Shown: positions 15,301-29,140 of the stretch, piece by piece | Layout of the letters: each line of letters begins with the position of its first letter | Position numbering within the stretch: the stretch's first letter is position 1 | Source: Octopus vulgaris | Lineage: Eukaryota | Length of the DNA stretch: 64,000 nucleotides | Reading direction: 5' to 3' | Assembly (NCBI GenBank): GCA_951406725.2 | Contig: OX597814.1 | Span: forward strand, 34,968,001 to 35,032,000 | Made by a program: the position numbers and the translations under genes | The notes under the pieces: model-generated | The model's database searches: none | What the model was told of the DNA's origin: nothing | Seen by the model: only the letters and a program-made list of their open reading frames with translations

Positions 15301-16049
15301 ATCTTGCTTAAATCTCCAAAAATTGTACTCCACTTCGACCAAAAACTAATGCTGCGGCTGGAATAGCCTATAATAGTATGATATTTCGTGCCTGAATTTA
15401 CGCGCAATAATTCATTTTAAGACTCTTTTTCCTTTATTTCTCTTTATCAAAACTTTCACGCTTTCAAACTTTCTATCTGTATAGTGAATCTCATTAACCG
15501 CTCTCACCGGTTATCGATTCGAGGAAGGAGATTTCACAGAGTAAGAGCAATAATATTTCTCTGCGGGCATCAGAAGAAATCGATTTATTTATATCGAGTC
15601 CTCGCTGGCGTGTCGAAATAAGTGTAGTTAAACAGGGCTGAAAATTCTATTTCTGATTAATGACATGACCTCTAATGTTTAATAACTTGAACTCTAATGG
15701 TTAAAGGGTAATATTTTGGACTTAGAATTTAGGGATAAATATGCTGACCACTGGTAGCTTCAGACTGTCTGTCTGTTTGTCTGTCCGTCTGTCTGTCTGT
15801 CTCTATGTCTGTCTGTATGCATGTATGTGTGTATGTATGCATTTATATTCATATTCTCTATTGGATGGGGTTGTCCATGTTCAGGACGAAGGCCTCAGCA
15901 AATTCTCTCTACCGACCACGGTCTGATAAAGAGACCGAGCATTTGAGCTTGAGATCATACTGGTTTGATGAGCCTACTCTTCCACACTGCCTTGACATGG
16001 TTTGGCAGATCGGTGCAGTTCTTTTGGTATACTCTTACACGGGGGTAGC

Positions 16050-16210
16050 TAAGTCAATGACATTCGCCACAGTGCTTAACTGGTATTTATTTTATCGACC
16101 CCGAAAGGATGACAGCCAATGTCGACAAAACATGAACACAGAACAAAGACAGACGAAGTATCGTTAAACATTTCGTCCGGTATGCTAACGATCCAGCCAG
16201 CACTCCGCCT
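16050..16210 (-). mobile_element. Nin-domain SINE (diverged)
   Basis: Reverse complement of catcctttcggggtcgataaaataaatacca core and ggcggag..ctgg head. Confidence 0.75.
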
Positions 16211-16221
16211 TTACACACACT

Positions 16222-16546
16222 TCATCATCATCATTGTTCGACCGTGGTCGAGACAATGGAATTTACCATGCTACGCCAGACTTCACGGTCCATCATGGCA
16301 TTACGGAGGTCCTGTTGCTGGATGCCTGTATCCCTGGAGATTACATCAGGGTAGGAGAGTGTGCGCCCTCTGGTATTGCGAGTAGATGGCTTCCAGAGGA
16401 GAAGAGTAGAAATTGCCTCGTTTTCATCTCTACAACAATGTCCAGCAAACTGGACACTCCTACCTTTCACAAGATATGGCACAGGTGGTAGTTTCCCATA
16501 TATTTGCATTTTGGTTGGATGACGCTTCCAAGAGAGGTTTTGAGCT
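16222..16546 (-). mobile_element. 5'-truncated RTE-type LINE 3' end with (TGA)n tail
   Basis: QFAGHCCR..LLLWKP..RGR..YPD..L..AMMDREVWR then tgatgatgatga. Confidence 0.85.
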
Positions 16547-16571
16547 CACACACACACATACACACACACAC

Positions 16572-16632
<61 letters not shown>

Positions 16633-16636
<4 letters not shown>

Positions 16637-17883
16637 GACATGACAAGTAAATAGAAACCCTCCATAAAGCATCGTTTTATATTTATTCTAACTTGTAAAA
16701 GTTTATATTTTTTATTAATACACATTTTTATGTTTCAGATTCTATAGGTGACTGTTTAATTATACCATGTACAAAAGAAACCTTGGAACTGTCTGAATTT
16801 CAAAGAGGCCTTACTGTGTGTCATTCTGAAGGTGGACATAGTCAGCGTAAAGTCGCAGAAACCCTTCGGATCCCACTTTCTACAGTTAATAGAGTGATTG
16901 TGCAATTCCCCAGAGAGGGGAAAGAGTCCATACCACTTCACCCAGATCAACCAGGGCACTTTGACAGGGCCATTCTCTTTGTTAAGAAAAATGTGGAGGA
17001 TAATCCTCGTTGCAAGGCCTTCAACATAACAGAACACGTTGATGTTAGTCTCAGAACAGCTGTCAGGTATCTCTCCAAACTTGGTTTCTATGGCAGAGCA
17101 GTAAGAAGGAAGTCACTTCTTCGACCAGCCAACATCAAGCGGAGAAAAGATTGGGCCAGTGAGATGGTGGAGAGACCACTAGCCTTTTAGGGCTCTGTCA
17201 TATTCTCTGATGAGTCCAGATTTGCTGCATTTCTTGACAGTGGTCGAGTGTGGGTCTGGAGACTCTGTGATCAAGAATTTGATGTGAAAAGATTGCAGCC
17301 AACAATGAAACATAGCAGCTATTCTGTGATGGTCTGGGGAGCGATTTGAAGCAATGATTGATCAAAGCTGGTGGAGTGTGAGGGAAACATAAACTCAGAT
17401 ATATATGTGTTCATATTGCAGAAAGGACTCCTTCCAATCTTCTACAGTGGTGAAATGATAAAAGAAGACTCTTTATTTATGGAAAATTGGGCTCCTTGTC
17501 ACACGGCTAAAATGACCTAAGTTTTGTTGGATGAAAATGGCATTAAAAAGCTTCCATGACCAGTCACCAGATGTGAACCCTACTGAACACCTGTGGGACA
17601 TAATGGACTGGGCATTTCATAAAAAGAACAAGAAAGCATCTTCAAAGCCAGATCTTGTGAGATTACTGCGTGAAACTTGGCAAGATATTCTGAAAGAGAG
17701 TATTTTTCATCTGATCAGTAATATGCCTAATAGGGTCCTTGCATCGAAAAATATAAAGGGCATGTCTACTAAATATTACATATCCACATTATAATAATTA
17801 ATAAATAATTCGGATGTACAATTTCATATTTAAATAAATTCTAATGATTATAAGGGTGTCTATTTACTTCTGTCATGTGTGTG
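16633..17883 (+). mobile_element. Tc1-like transposon with inactivated transposase
   Basis: TIRs cacagacatgacaagtaaatagaaaccct / agggtgtctatttacttctgtcatgtgtgtg; [30 protein letters not shown]; several stops and frameshifts. Confidence 0.92.
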
Positions 17884-18160
17884 TGCGTGTGCACGCGCGT
17901 GTGTATATTACGCACACACATACACACATTTATTTTACAAGTTAATAATTTTGTTAGAGCAATCTTTATGGTAGACTTTATCTTACATTATTTCGGGACC
18001 GATAAAATAAGCGCCAGTATCCTGGCCTATAATCGATTATATCTTGTTCCTATGTAATAACTCATAATTATTTCATATTAAAGTATTTTGCAGCTCAGTG
18101 TTAAGATATTTATTTATAGTAAATATATATAATTCATCAATTCTATGTGAAATTTTAACT

Positions 18161-19455
18161 TACGAGGGGCTTTCAATAAGTAATGCCCCTGACCCACTTG
18201 CAGTTGTTTGATCTAGCTGAAATTTTGCATGTGCAATTATTTATATCTCTATAGATTAAGTGGCAAGGTACAGCTCTGAACTAATTGTGGTTTCCTATTT
18301 ACGGGTGTTTGAACTGAGTCAAGTGTGAAATGGAGCATGTTGAGTGTCAAGCAGTGATCCGGTTTTTGTATTTGAAAGGATGCATACCACGGGAGACTTT
18401 TGATGAAATGAAAGTAACTTATGGTGATGATGCCCCATCATATGACCTTGTAAAACGCTGGCATTGTGAATTCAAACATGGTCGGAACTCTGTGGAAACA
18501 GCTCCCAGATCTGGTCGCCCCCTTCTGCCATTGATGAGGCATCTGTCCGTCAAGTTGAGGCGGCCATTTTGAAAGATCGACGCATAACTATTCGCCAAAT
18601 AGCCCATGAGGTCAAGATTAGTACCGGGTCTGTGGAAACTATCATTCATGACCATTTCCATATGCAAAAGGTGTCTGCCAGATGGATTCCCAGGTTGCTC
18701 ACGCCTTTCCAGAAGCAAGAACGCGTCAAGTGCTCGAGGGTGAATTTGGAGATGTGCCAAGAAGATGAGTCAAAATTTTTCAAAAGACTGATTGGATAGA
18801 ATAAAACCTGGGTCCATCACTATGATCCAGAGACCAAAGCCCAGTTAATGCAGTGGAAGAACCGTGACTCACCTCCTCCAAAGAAGGCAAGGGTGCAGCC
18901 CTCCGCTGGCAAGGTCATGCTTACAGTCTTCTGGGACCAGGACGGAGTAGTGAAGACAGATTTCCTGGCAAAGGGCGCCACAATTACAGGAGTCTATTAT
19001 GCTTCACTTTTGAGGAAATTAAGAGAAGCTATCAAAATCAAGAGGCGGGGCAATATCAGCAAAGGCATCCTCCTCCTGCAGGACAACGCTCCGGTCCACA
19101 ACTCGCGTGTTGCCAGATCAGAAGCACAGGCGTATGGCTATGAGCTCCTCCCCCATCCCCCAACTCTCCTGACCTTGCACTCTCTAATTTTCACCTCTTC
19201 CTAGCCATGAGGTTGTTTTTGAAAGGAAAGCGTTTCCCAGATAATACAGCGTTGATTTCTGAAGTCACGTCGTGGTTGGAGGACCAAGCTAGGGTCTTCT
19301 ACAAAAACGGTCTCCAAAGCTGCATCAAACAATGGGAGAAATGCGTAACTCTGGGTGGTTCCTATGTAGAAAAAGACTAATAACTGTTCCAAGTTTCGTT
19401 GCTCTACTGCTATGGGAAGTGGGTCAGGGGCATTACTTATTGAATGCCCCTCGTA
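18161..19455 (+). mobile_element. Full-length mariner transposon with disrupted transposase
   Basis: ~40-bp TIRs tacgaggggctttcaataagtaatgcccctgacccactt / aagtgggtcaggggcattacttattgaatgcccctcgta with TA TSD; WIPRLL, WVHHY, QDNAPVH; ORF split at 18330/18569/18848. Confidence 0.95.
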
Positions 19456-19574
19456 TAATAATCAGATTAAAAAAAAATATAAAAAGAGAAGTAAAGCAAG
19501 GTAGATAGAGAAAAATGTTGGTGAGAAACATGAATGACCATAAGACCATTGTTCTTTAACGTAGGCAAAAGAGA

Positions 19575-20010
19575 ACTCTCTTTACTCTTTTACTCTTTTA
19601 CTTGTTTCAGGCATTTGATTGCGGCCATGCTGGAGCACCGGCTTTAGTCGATCGAGCAGATCGACCCCAGGACTTATTCTTTGTAAGCCTAGTACTTAAT
19701 TCTATCGGTCTCTTTCGTCGAACCGCTAAATTACGGGGACGTAAGCACACCAGCAACGGTTGTCAAGCGATGTTGGGGGGACAAATACAGACACACAAAC
19801 ATATACACATACATATATATACACACACACACACACATATATACATATATACGACGGGTTTCTTTCAGGTTCCATCTACAAAATCCACTCTCAAGACTTT
19901 GGTAGGCCCGAGGCTATAGAAGAAGACACTTGTCCAAGGTGCCACGCAGTGGGACTGAACCCGGACCATGTGGTTGGTAAGCAAGCTATTTACCACAGAG
20001 CCACTCCTGC
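19575..20010 (-). mobile_element. SINE with internal CA/TA microsatellite and (taaaagag)n tail
   Basis: tRNA-like head ggagtggctctgtggtaa..ggttcagtcccac; 3' end ggtgctccagcatggccgc..gaaacaagtaaaagag. Confidence 0.85.
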
Positions 20011-20300
20011 GCCTGTAGATTATAACTGTAGGTTATAATCCAATCAATCCCAGTATCTATTACTTATTGCTCGAAATTAGAGCTTCGAAAATAAAAAGAA
20101 ATTGTAATTTTGCGTTTCACAATGCATGCAATTTTACTTGGTGTAGAATAGAATTAGGAAATATAATTGTGACTAATTTCTTTTGTGCATTGATAATTTT
20201 GGTTGTATCACGAAAGATTCAGCTGTTGTCTAACAAAGTGAGAATGTTCAGCAGGGAAAAGACCTTCTAAAACTAATTCAAACTGTTTATTGTGTGTGTG

Positions 20301-20401
<101 letters not shown>

Positions 20402-20574
20402 TACATACGTATGAGTTTGCGTTTGTATATGTATCTAATTTAGAAACGGAAAAGTTGAAATGCCTTAGGCATTTGAAAGTCAAGTCTGTTGTGAACCAGC
20501 TATATAGTAACCACAACAAAGCGAAAACAAAAGACTGACTGCTTAGATTAAGAAAAATTAACATAAAAAGTTAA

Positions 20575-21030
20575 TATTGATTAAAAATTTTGGCACAGGG
20601 CCAGGAAGTTCGGAGGAGAGGTTAAGTCGATTACATCGACTCCAGTGCTTAACTGGTACCTATTTTATCGACCACAAAAGGAAAAGACGGCTACGGAGGC
20701 ATTTGATCTCGAAGCGTAAAGACGGAAGAAATGCCGCTAAGCATTTTACCTGGTGTGGCAACGATTTTGCCAGCTCACTGCCTTACTCTAGTAATTAATA
20801 TTAGTTACTTATATGGTGGTGAGCTGGCAGAATAATTACCAATCTAAGCAAAATGCTTAGCGGCATTTCATTCGTTTTTACGCTTTGAGTTCAAATTCCG
20901 CTGAGTTCGACTTTCCCTTTCATCCTTTCGGAGTCGATAAAATAAGTACCAGTTGAATACTGGAGTCGAGGTAATCGACTAACCTACTCCCTCGAAGTTG
21001 CTGGCCTGTGCCTACATTTGAAACTAATAT
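20575..21030. mobile_element. Two Nin-domain SINEs, head-to-head
   Basis: Minus copy ~20575-20783 and plus copy ~20815-21030 (gagctggcagaa..tttcatcctttcggagtcgataaaataagtaccag). Confidence 0.85.
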
Positions 21031-21047
21031 TAATTACTAGAGTCTGG

Positions 21048-21137
<90 letters not shown>

Positions 21138-21138
21138 C

Positions 21139-21355
21139 CTTGGCAGAAACGTTAGAAAGCCGGGCGAAATGCTTTGCGGTATTTCGTCTCCGCTACGTTC
21201 TGAGTTCAAATTCCGCCGAGGTCGACTTTGGCTTTCATCCTTTCGGGGTCGATAAATTAAGTACCAGTTACTCACTGGAGTCGATGTAATTGACTTAATA
21301 CCTTTGTCTGTCTTTGTTTGTCCCCTCTGTTTAGCCCCTTGTGGGTAGTAAAGAA

Positions 21356-21357
<2 letters not shown>
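21139..21357 (+). mobile_element. Nin-domain SINE inside (TATC)n array
   Basis: gagttcaaattccgccgaggtcgac..catcctttcggggtcgataaattaagtacc; flanked by TATC on both sides. Confidence 0.9.
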
Positions 21358-21434
<77 letters not shown>

Positions 21435-22009
21435 GTGAGATTAGAGAGGCAAGTTTTGTCTAGCGAATGTTTTAAAAAAAGATGGGTGAATGTAGCAAGG
21501 ATGGCACGTATGAATGACGAAGCCACCTTGAGCATAATCCTATGAACCCAGAAATTGAAAACAGAGGGTTACCCACTTGCAAACAAATGTGGTAACATAT
21601 AACAATATTGACCAAGGTTACCGTGGTCTTTTTCGTAGGCTTTTCTTCCCACGGATAAACCTTACTTACTTTCCCCTTTACACCATATATCATAACACTA
21701 TGATACACGATCCCTATTGATCGTTCTTTTTTTTCCTCTTCCCCTTTTTTTCCCATTTTTTCTTCTTTTTTTCATTTCTCTTTCCTTTTGTTCCTTTTCC
21801 TTTTCTTTTTTTTCTTTTTATTCTTTTTATTTTATTCAATTTTTTTTTTGTTTTTGTTCTTTTCTTCCCTTTTACGATCCCTCTTGATCGAAAACCTACG
21901 CCACCCCCTTTTTTTCTTTTGTTTTTTGTTCTCTTCATCCCCCAAAAGAAAAGCTCTACCTTGTAACTTGTCCCATCTGTGTGCAGCCCTGTGTGGCCAA
22001 TAAAGAAAC

Positions 22010-22010
<1 letters not shown>
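21435..22010 (+). mobile_element. LINE 3' end (L1/Tx1-like) ending in (TATC)n
   Basis: ERQVLSSECFKKRW C-terminal-like peptide, T-rich 3' UTR, terminus gccctgtgtggccaataaagaaa. Confidence 0.55.
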
Positions 22011-22045
<35 letters not shown>

Positions 22046-23395
22046 ATATCTATCTATCTATCTATCTAGCTAGCTAGCTAGATATCCCTCCATGTGTTTC
22101 TCTGACCACTTGTAAATATATTAAACTGATGATAAATTAAATGACAACTACATACTTGCTTGCAGATTACAATAAATCCTATATTTATAAATAGCTGAAT
22201 ATTACATAATTCTAAGATTTTGTCAGCGTGATATAGATTGTCAGGTCACAAGGAGAAAGTCTTTAGATCCCATCTTTATACGTTAAGCCAATATAATTTA
22301 TTAAAATTATCACAGTAGCTTTGGTGGTGTCAACGGTTTTATAATGAATAACGTGTACACTTACAACCCGTTACGATATAATTTTATATAAAATATATGT
22401 TGAGCTTTTTTTTTTAGCTATCTTTATTAATATTCATTATAATATTATTCAATAAAATTTGGGAGTATAATATCGAAGTGGAGGTCATCTAAGGTTGTTA
22501 TTACAACGTTACGTTATCTTTTATAGCATTTGTGGGTCATTTGAGTAATATATTGTTGAAATATGTGTATGACTTCGAAGCAATTAGCAGAGCACGTTTG
22601 GAAATGTTTGTTTCAGTTTGTTTTCTCGATGTTTTTGCGAGATGGTTTACTGTGAAAAATTCTTCAGTCACGCACAGATTACGGAAAAAGTTTAATTGTG
22701 TAAAAGACCTGGTGACTCTACAGGAATGCGTAATTTAATACTGCAAGCTAATTCATTAGTTTTAATATAGGCTACGACGCTAGTGCCGGATCGTCCCGTA
22801 AACTTCTGAAAATATAAATATGTTGGTTTTATCTGTATTTAAATGGACTTGCAGTCAGTAGGATGTAATTTATGCTGTTTTGATTTAAAGTTTCATTTGA
22901 CTGTGGATAGGTAGATTAGCGATTTTCCTGACAATTGTATTCTATAGTTTATACATGACTGGAACACGTTTCATAATAATCTTTTTGACCGGAAAATATA
23001 AGGCTGAAAGGATAGTGAAGTTGAGCTTTATATCTTACGGTCAAAGGAGACATAGCTGTGATCCTCCCTTTTTGCTTCTTTCTGTTTTCCTTTTCGTTTT
23101 CCGGTTTTTCACCCTTCCTCCTTTTATATCTATTTATTTCTCAGTTTTTTTCTGGTTTTTTTTCTCTCATGCTATCGCCATATTCTAGCTTGTTCTGCCA
23201 TGTGGACATTGTCTGAAGTTTGCGAAAAGGCACCAGATGTGTTAAAAATGCAATCTGAGATGCTTTCGTCGCATGAAAATAAGAGTAGTCCATAAAAACA
23301 TATTGTGTTTATAAAATAATATTTATCTCTCACCAGATGGAGTACTTTTTTGTTGATCTTACCATCACAGAATAGTACACTACACACACAGACAT

Positions 23396-23457
<62 letters not shown>

Positions 23458-24357
23458 TCTCTCTCTCTCTCTCTCATACACACACAATCCAACGTTTTTA
23501 TTTACATATGTCTGGCTGATACCGTGAACTATAATATTTGGGACACCTCATGTAAATATGAATACTTTTTTTATGGGTTCTAATTACAAGTTAATAAAAG
23601 TCTAATATATGCATCAGATTCAATTCAATATGTCGATAACAATAGCACATATGTCGACATTAAAAATCCCAGAAAAAAACATAATCTATTAGCACATTAC
23701 CATCGAAATCTTAGATGTAAAATATACATTGGTGCCGACAGAACTTGAAACTGAGCGACGAAGTCACTACACCAAGAAAATAATGATAAAATAAATATTC
23801 TTAACAGTGCTGAATTAAGAAACCGCAATTACATCCTTAACTGAGACTTAATATATTGACTTAGAAAGGCAAATTTGTATTCAATATAACAGTGAACTGA
23901 GAACTTAATAAACACTGCAAAATGCACGGCATTGTGTTCAGAGAGATATAGATACTATCAAGTAGCTGACGTTCTAAATATTATCATAATGATGTTAATA
24001 TGGGTGAGTATGTATACACGTGATCAAAAAATCCTGCCTTTTGTAAGTCTTCCCGAGCTAAGCCAAATTTCACATCGCTCTTAACGGTAACAAATTCGCT
24101 AGAATAATGAGGCAACACGTCATTTCTTCCGTCTGTTACCTCAACCACCACATGAAATAGAGTGAGAGAGAGAGAGAGAGAGAGAGGGAGAAAACGAGAT
24201 TGAAAGAGAGAGACAGGGAGAAAGAGAGAGAGGAAGGGAGAGAAGGTCGTTTACTGTCACAAGTCCATCTAACACAAGTCCATTCAATCTACTGAAAAGA
24301 AGAGATGATTTCTCACAAGTCACAATGTACTGTCTTAAAGGTTATACCTAACAGCAA

Positions 24358-24615
24358 CGGTAGAAGCGCGCGGCTTAATGGTTCGGGTGTTGGACTCATA
24401 ATCATAAGATTGTGGTTTCAATTTCTGGACTGGGTGACGCGTTGTGTTCTTGAGCAAAACACTTCATTTCACATTGCTCCAGTCTACTTAGCTGGCAAAA
24501 ATGGGTAATCCTGCAACGGACTAGTGTCCCGTCCAGGTGGAAACCGGGAAACTGGAAACCGGCCCTTATGAATTGATATGACTCGAGAAGGAAAATTTAC
24601 CTTTTTTTTAAACTT
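24358..24615 (+). mobile_element. tRNA-derived SINE with 13-bp TSD
   Basis: TSD tacctaacagcaa at 24345 and 24616; A/B-box-like head. Confidence 0.85.
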
Positions 24616-26654
24616 TACCTAACAGCAATGATTTCGCTGAAGTCATGAACAAACACTTCTTCCCATGCCTTTATCTTATCGGATTTTTAATGATGAACCC
24701 CAAAGTTCATCTCAATGGGATTTATGCAGAGAATGCAAATAGACGCAGTGTTCACCACAATCTATTGTTTCTGTTAACTCACTCCCTCAAAATAAGAATA
24801 TATTACTAACGATAATGACTATATTGCACACACTCAATATATTTGACGAGAATAAATAACATAGAACGCTTTTACTTTTACTTTTATAGATGAAAGGAAA
24901 TTAGTATTTGTGATGGTTATGTCTTTCTAAATAGCATTGTGAAAAACAAAATGTAAGGAGAAAGAGAAATGACTTCAATACGCTAATGAAAATCAAGCCA
25001 CAGCCTCATTTCACTGAATGCACGTACCTTTGTTAACTAAAGTCGCAAACTAAAGAGAAGTATAAAAATTAAAAGTGCCTGCGCAAAATTAAAGTCTACC
25101 AAATTGCTAATTTATTGAACAATTATGAGAGAAAATTATCAGTGAAACGACGCCATCTTTCCTTTGCCAAATATAACGTACAGAATTTCCGGTTGTTTAA
25201 CGAGCTTTATAATAGCAGTTTTCTTTTCTACGTATACTTACAATTATAAACTTCAGATTAGCTTTCAGCAATGATTATGACTGAACAAACTTGGAAATAT
25301 AAGTAATTTTAAATGCAGACTTTTGCATTGTTGATAGAAGAACATCCCCAGACTAACTAAGCAAACAGTGAAGTCAACAAGATGTCTTCTGAACTACGTA
25401 AACATTGGTGTATTAACATGAGGTTATAATATGAACGAACACAGACATGGACAGAGACATTAGCTTCACAGATATTACAACTTCATATAGTATCCATACA
25501 TACACGCACACAAAAACACACACACACACGTACACGCACGCACACACATATTTACATCCTCAATTGTGCTCATATACCGTTGTTTGTTTACGTGTTGATG
25601 TGTGTGCCGTTGTATATATTAATATGTGTATGCGCATACCTATGATTATAGGTTGCCCTTGGATATTTACGTCTGTACACAAGAGTGAGTATTTATATGA
25701 CTGTTTACCTCTGTACACACACACACATACACACACAAAAACATATGTTCGTGATTATATGAGTGTAAATATGTGTATTTGGATTAAGCACACACAAACA
25801 AACACACATATATACACACATATATATGCCTTGGATACACTTGTATGTGAATGTATGTGCGCAACGAGTGTATGTGTTTAGGTTGTATATTTGTGTGATG
25901 TCTGCGTCTGTTCATGTGTTGAATGCTACGTGTACATACAATGTGTAAATAAGATTTTGCTGGAGGCCTTTTCATAAAACGGCACACATGATTAATAATG
26001 GTGTCTAATAAATATATAAGCGATCATATATTATACTAGAAGAATAATGAAATTTCGGATAATTTTTTTTTTTAATAAATATTGAAAACGCTTTTTATTG
26101 AAAATATAATAATATGGGTAGAAATATTTTATGTAATATATATTTTATAAACAATTGAACCTCAAAAACAATATAGTGTTTAATATTTTAAAACACAAAT
26201 GAGGTTAAGTTGGTAGTGTGTCGGACTAAGTGGTTCTCTGTGTTTATTCATACTCTAAATTGAAATCGACTTCCCATTCTATTCCTTTGAGTGGGAAACG
26301 GATAAATAAAGTACGAATCATACTGAGGTGTTTCAATCCTCTTTTTAAATGTTGAGGGAGACGACGAGACCGGTCCTTTGCGAGTTAACAAAAGAGCCTT
26401 TGCGTGCTCACTTGACATACTAAAACTAGCAGTTAAACCTCTGCTAATTTGCATCTTTCCTTATTTAAAATACAATTACATGAACACCTAGCACAATGGT
26501 ATAAAAATGAAGAGACGTTGATTGATGGAATGCTTTTTATAGTGATTATGATTGGCCATGTCTAACTTGCAGCGAACCAATTATGATTGGCCATGTCTAA
26601 CTTGCAGCGAACCATTAGCAAGACTGATATTTGCTGAAACTAGGCTGACACAAA

Positions 26655-26693
26655 ATGTATGTATGTATGATGTATGTATGTATGTATGTATTA

Positions 26694-26724
<31 letters not shown>

Positions 26725-27299
26725 TGTATGTATGGACTACGGACGTCATAATATGTATGTATCTTTCTAATTCACTGAAACCTTAAAACGGATCTAACGA
26801 TGATACACAGTAACGCTTATGTCCGGTTCGTATGTATGTATGTATGTATGTATGTATGTATGTATGTATGTATGTATGTATGTATGTATGTATATATATG
26901 TATGTATGTATGTGCGTATGCATGTATGTATGTATGTATGTATGTATGTATGTGTATGTATGTATGTATGTATGTGTGTATATATGTATTATGTGTTATG
27001 TACGTATGTGTGTATGTGTGTATATATGTATGTATGTATGTATGTATGTGCGTATGCATGTATGTACGTATGTGTGTGCCTATGGATGTTTGCATGTGTG
27101 TGTATGTATGTATGTGTGTATATATGCATTATGTGTTATGTACGTATGGTGTATGTGTGTATATATGTATGTATGTATGTATGTGCGTATGCATGTATGT
27201 ATGTACGTATGTGTGTGCCTATGCATGTTTGCATGTGTGTGTATGTATGTATGTGTGTATATATGTATTATGTGTTATGTACGTATGTGTGTATGTGTG

Positions 27300-27333
<34 letters not shown>

Positions 27334-27710
27334 TGTGCGTATGCATGTATGTACGTATGTGTGTGCCTATGGATGTTTGCATGTGTGTATGTATGTATGT
27401 ATGTATGTACGTACGCATGTATGTTGTATGTATGTATGTATGTATGTATGTATGTATGTGCGTATGCATGTATGTATGTACGTATGTGTGTGCCTATGCA
27501 TGTTTGCATGTGTGTGTATGTATGTATGTGTGTATATATGTATTATGTGTTATGTACGTATGTGTGTATGTGTGTATATATGTATGTATGTGGTATGCAT
27601 GTATGTGTCTATGTAGGTGCGTATGCATGTGTGTATGTATGTATAAGTTTATAGATACTGTATATGTATGTATGAACAATGCGTGTTTGTGTGAGAGTGT
27701 GTGTTTGTGA

Positions 27711-27750
<40 letters not shown>
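26655..27750. repeat. Compound (TATG)n microsatellite with ~140-bp higher-order unit
   Basis: Marker attatgtgttatgtacgtatg recurs at ~26988, 27128, 27267 and 27542. Confidence 0.9.
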
Positions 27751-27751
<1 letters not shown>

Positions 27752-27826
27752 AGTGTAAGTGACTAAAGGATCGAAGCTTTTCTGCATTCCATGTTCGCAT
27801 ATGGATATATCTGTATGTGCGTATGT

Positions 27827-28212
27827 TGGAAGCACTCCGTCGGTTACGACGACGAGGGTTCCGGTTGATACGATCAACGGAACAGCCTGCTCGTGAAATT
27901 AACGTGTAAGTGGCTGAGCACTCCACAGAAACGTGTACCCTTAACGTAGTTCTCGGGGATATTCAGCGTGACACAGAGAGTGACAAGGCCGGCCCTTTTG
28001 AAATACAGGTACAACAGAAACAGAAAGTAAGAGTGAGAGAAAGTTGTGGTGAAAGAGTACAGCAGGGATCACCACCACCCCCTGCCGGAGCCTCGTGGAG
28101 CTTTAGGTGTTTTCGCTCAATAAACACTCACAACGCCCGGTCTGGGAATCGAAACCGCGATCCTACGACTGCGAGTCCGCTGCCCTAACCACTGGACCAT
28201 TGCGCCTCAACA
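27827..28212 (-). mobile_element. tRNA-derived SINE with 12-bp TSD
   Basis: TSD atgtgcgtatgt at 27815 and 28213; A box tggtccagtgg, B box ggtttcgattcc. Confidence 0.92.
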
Positions 28213-28741
28213 ATGTGCGTATGTAATTGTATGAACACATAAGCGTAAACAAGAGTTAAGATAGAAAGCACAATATTAAAATTTGAATTATAAAGAGCAG
28301 CGAAAAAAAACATATAGCTGATACTCGTTGGTTGATATGGAATAACAAAAGAATATTACTGGTTAACATTGTAATGAGAATTTTTTTCACATTTGTCGAA
28401 TGAAAGATAAGAATCGCTTATGCAATACGGTATAGTATACATTCATAGATACAGTTCACCTACATACACACAAGTGTGTGTGTGTGTGTGTGTGTGTGTA
28501 TGGTTGGGTCCCTGTTTGTGAAAATATTGGCAAAAATTAAACATATTAGGAAAACACCGCATCTTTCAAAGTGACAACTTTCAGAGTAGTATGAAATTCG
28601 AACAAAAATAAAATCCATGTATCATATGACAAATCAAAAGACCATTATTATGAGACTGAGCACAATGATTTTATAATTGATATATACCGGGGTGTGGAAT
28701 ATGTAGAGACACGTAGACAATACGTTCCAAGTGAGGATCGT

Positions 28742-29140
28742 AATATTAATATCTGTAGTATTTCGTCTGTCTTTACGTTCTGAGTTCAAATTCTGCCGAG
28801 GTCGACTTTGCCTTTCATCCTTTCGGGGTCGATTAAATAAGTACCATTTGCGCACTGGGATCGATGTAATCGACTTAATCCCTCTGTCTGTCATTGGTTG
28901 TCCCCTCTATGTTTAGTCTCCTGTGGGCAATAAAGAAATAACTATTAATATCTGTAGTATTCCGTCTGGTCTTTACGTTCTGAGTTCAAGTTCAGCGGAA
29001 GTCGACTTTGCCTTTCATCCTTTCGGGGTCGATAAATTAAGTACCAGTTGCATACTGGGGTCGATCTAATCGACTAGCCTCTTCCCCCAAAATTTTGGGC
29101 CTTGTGCCTAGAGTAGAAAAGAATATTAATATCTGTAGTA
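28742..29140 (+). mobile_element. Two 5'-truncated Nin-SINEs in tandem with triplicated target site
   Basis: tattaatatctgtagta at 28744, 28943 and 29124. Confidence 0.9.

Noticed and set aside
26800-27710. Long 265-292 aa ORFs (MYVC repeats), and similar ORFs elsewhere
   Set aside because: Translations of stop-free microsatellites
27827-28212. tRNA genes at SINE heads
   Set aside because: A/B boxes continue into SINE bodies with TSDs; no full cloverleaf
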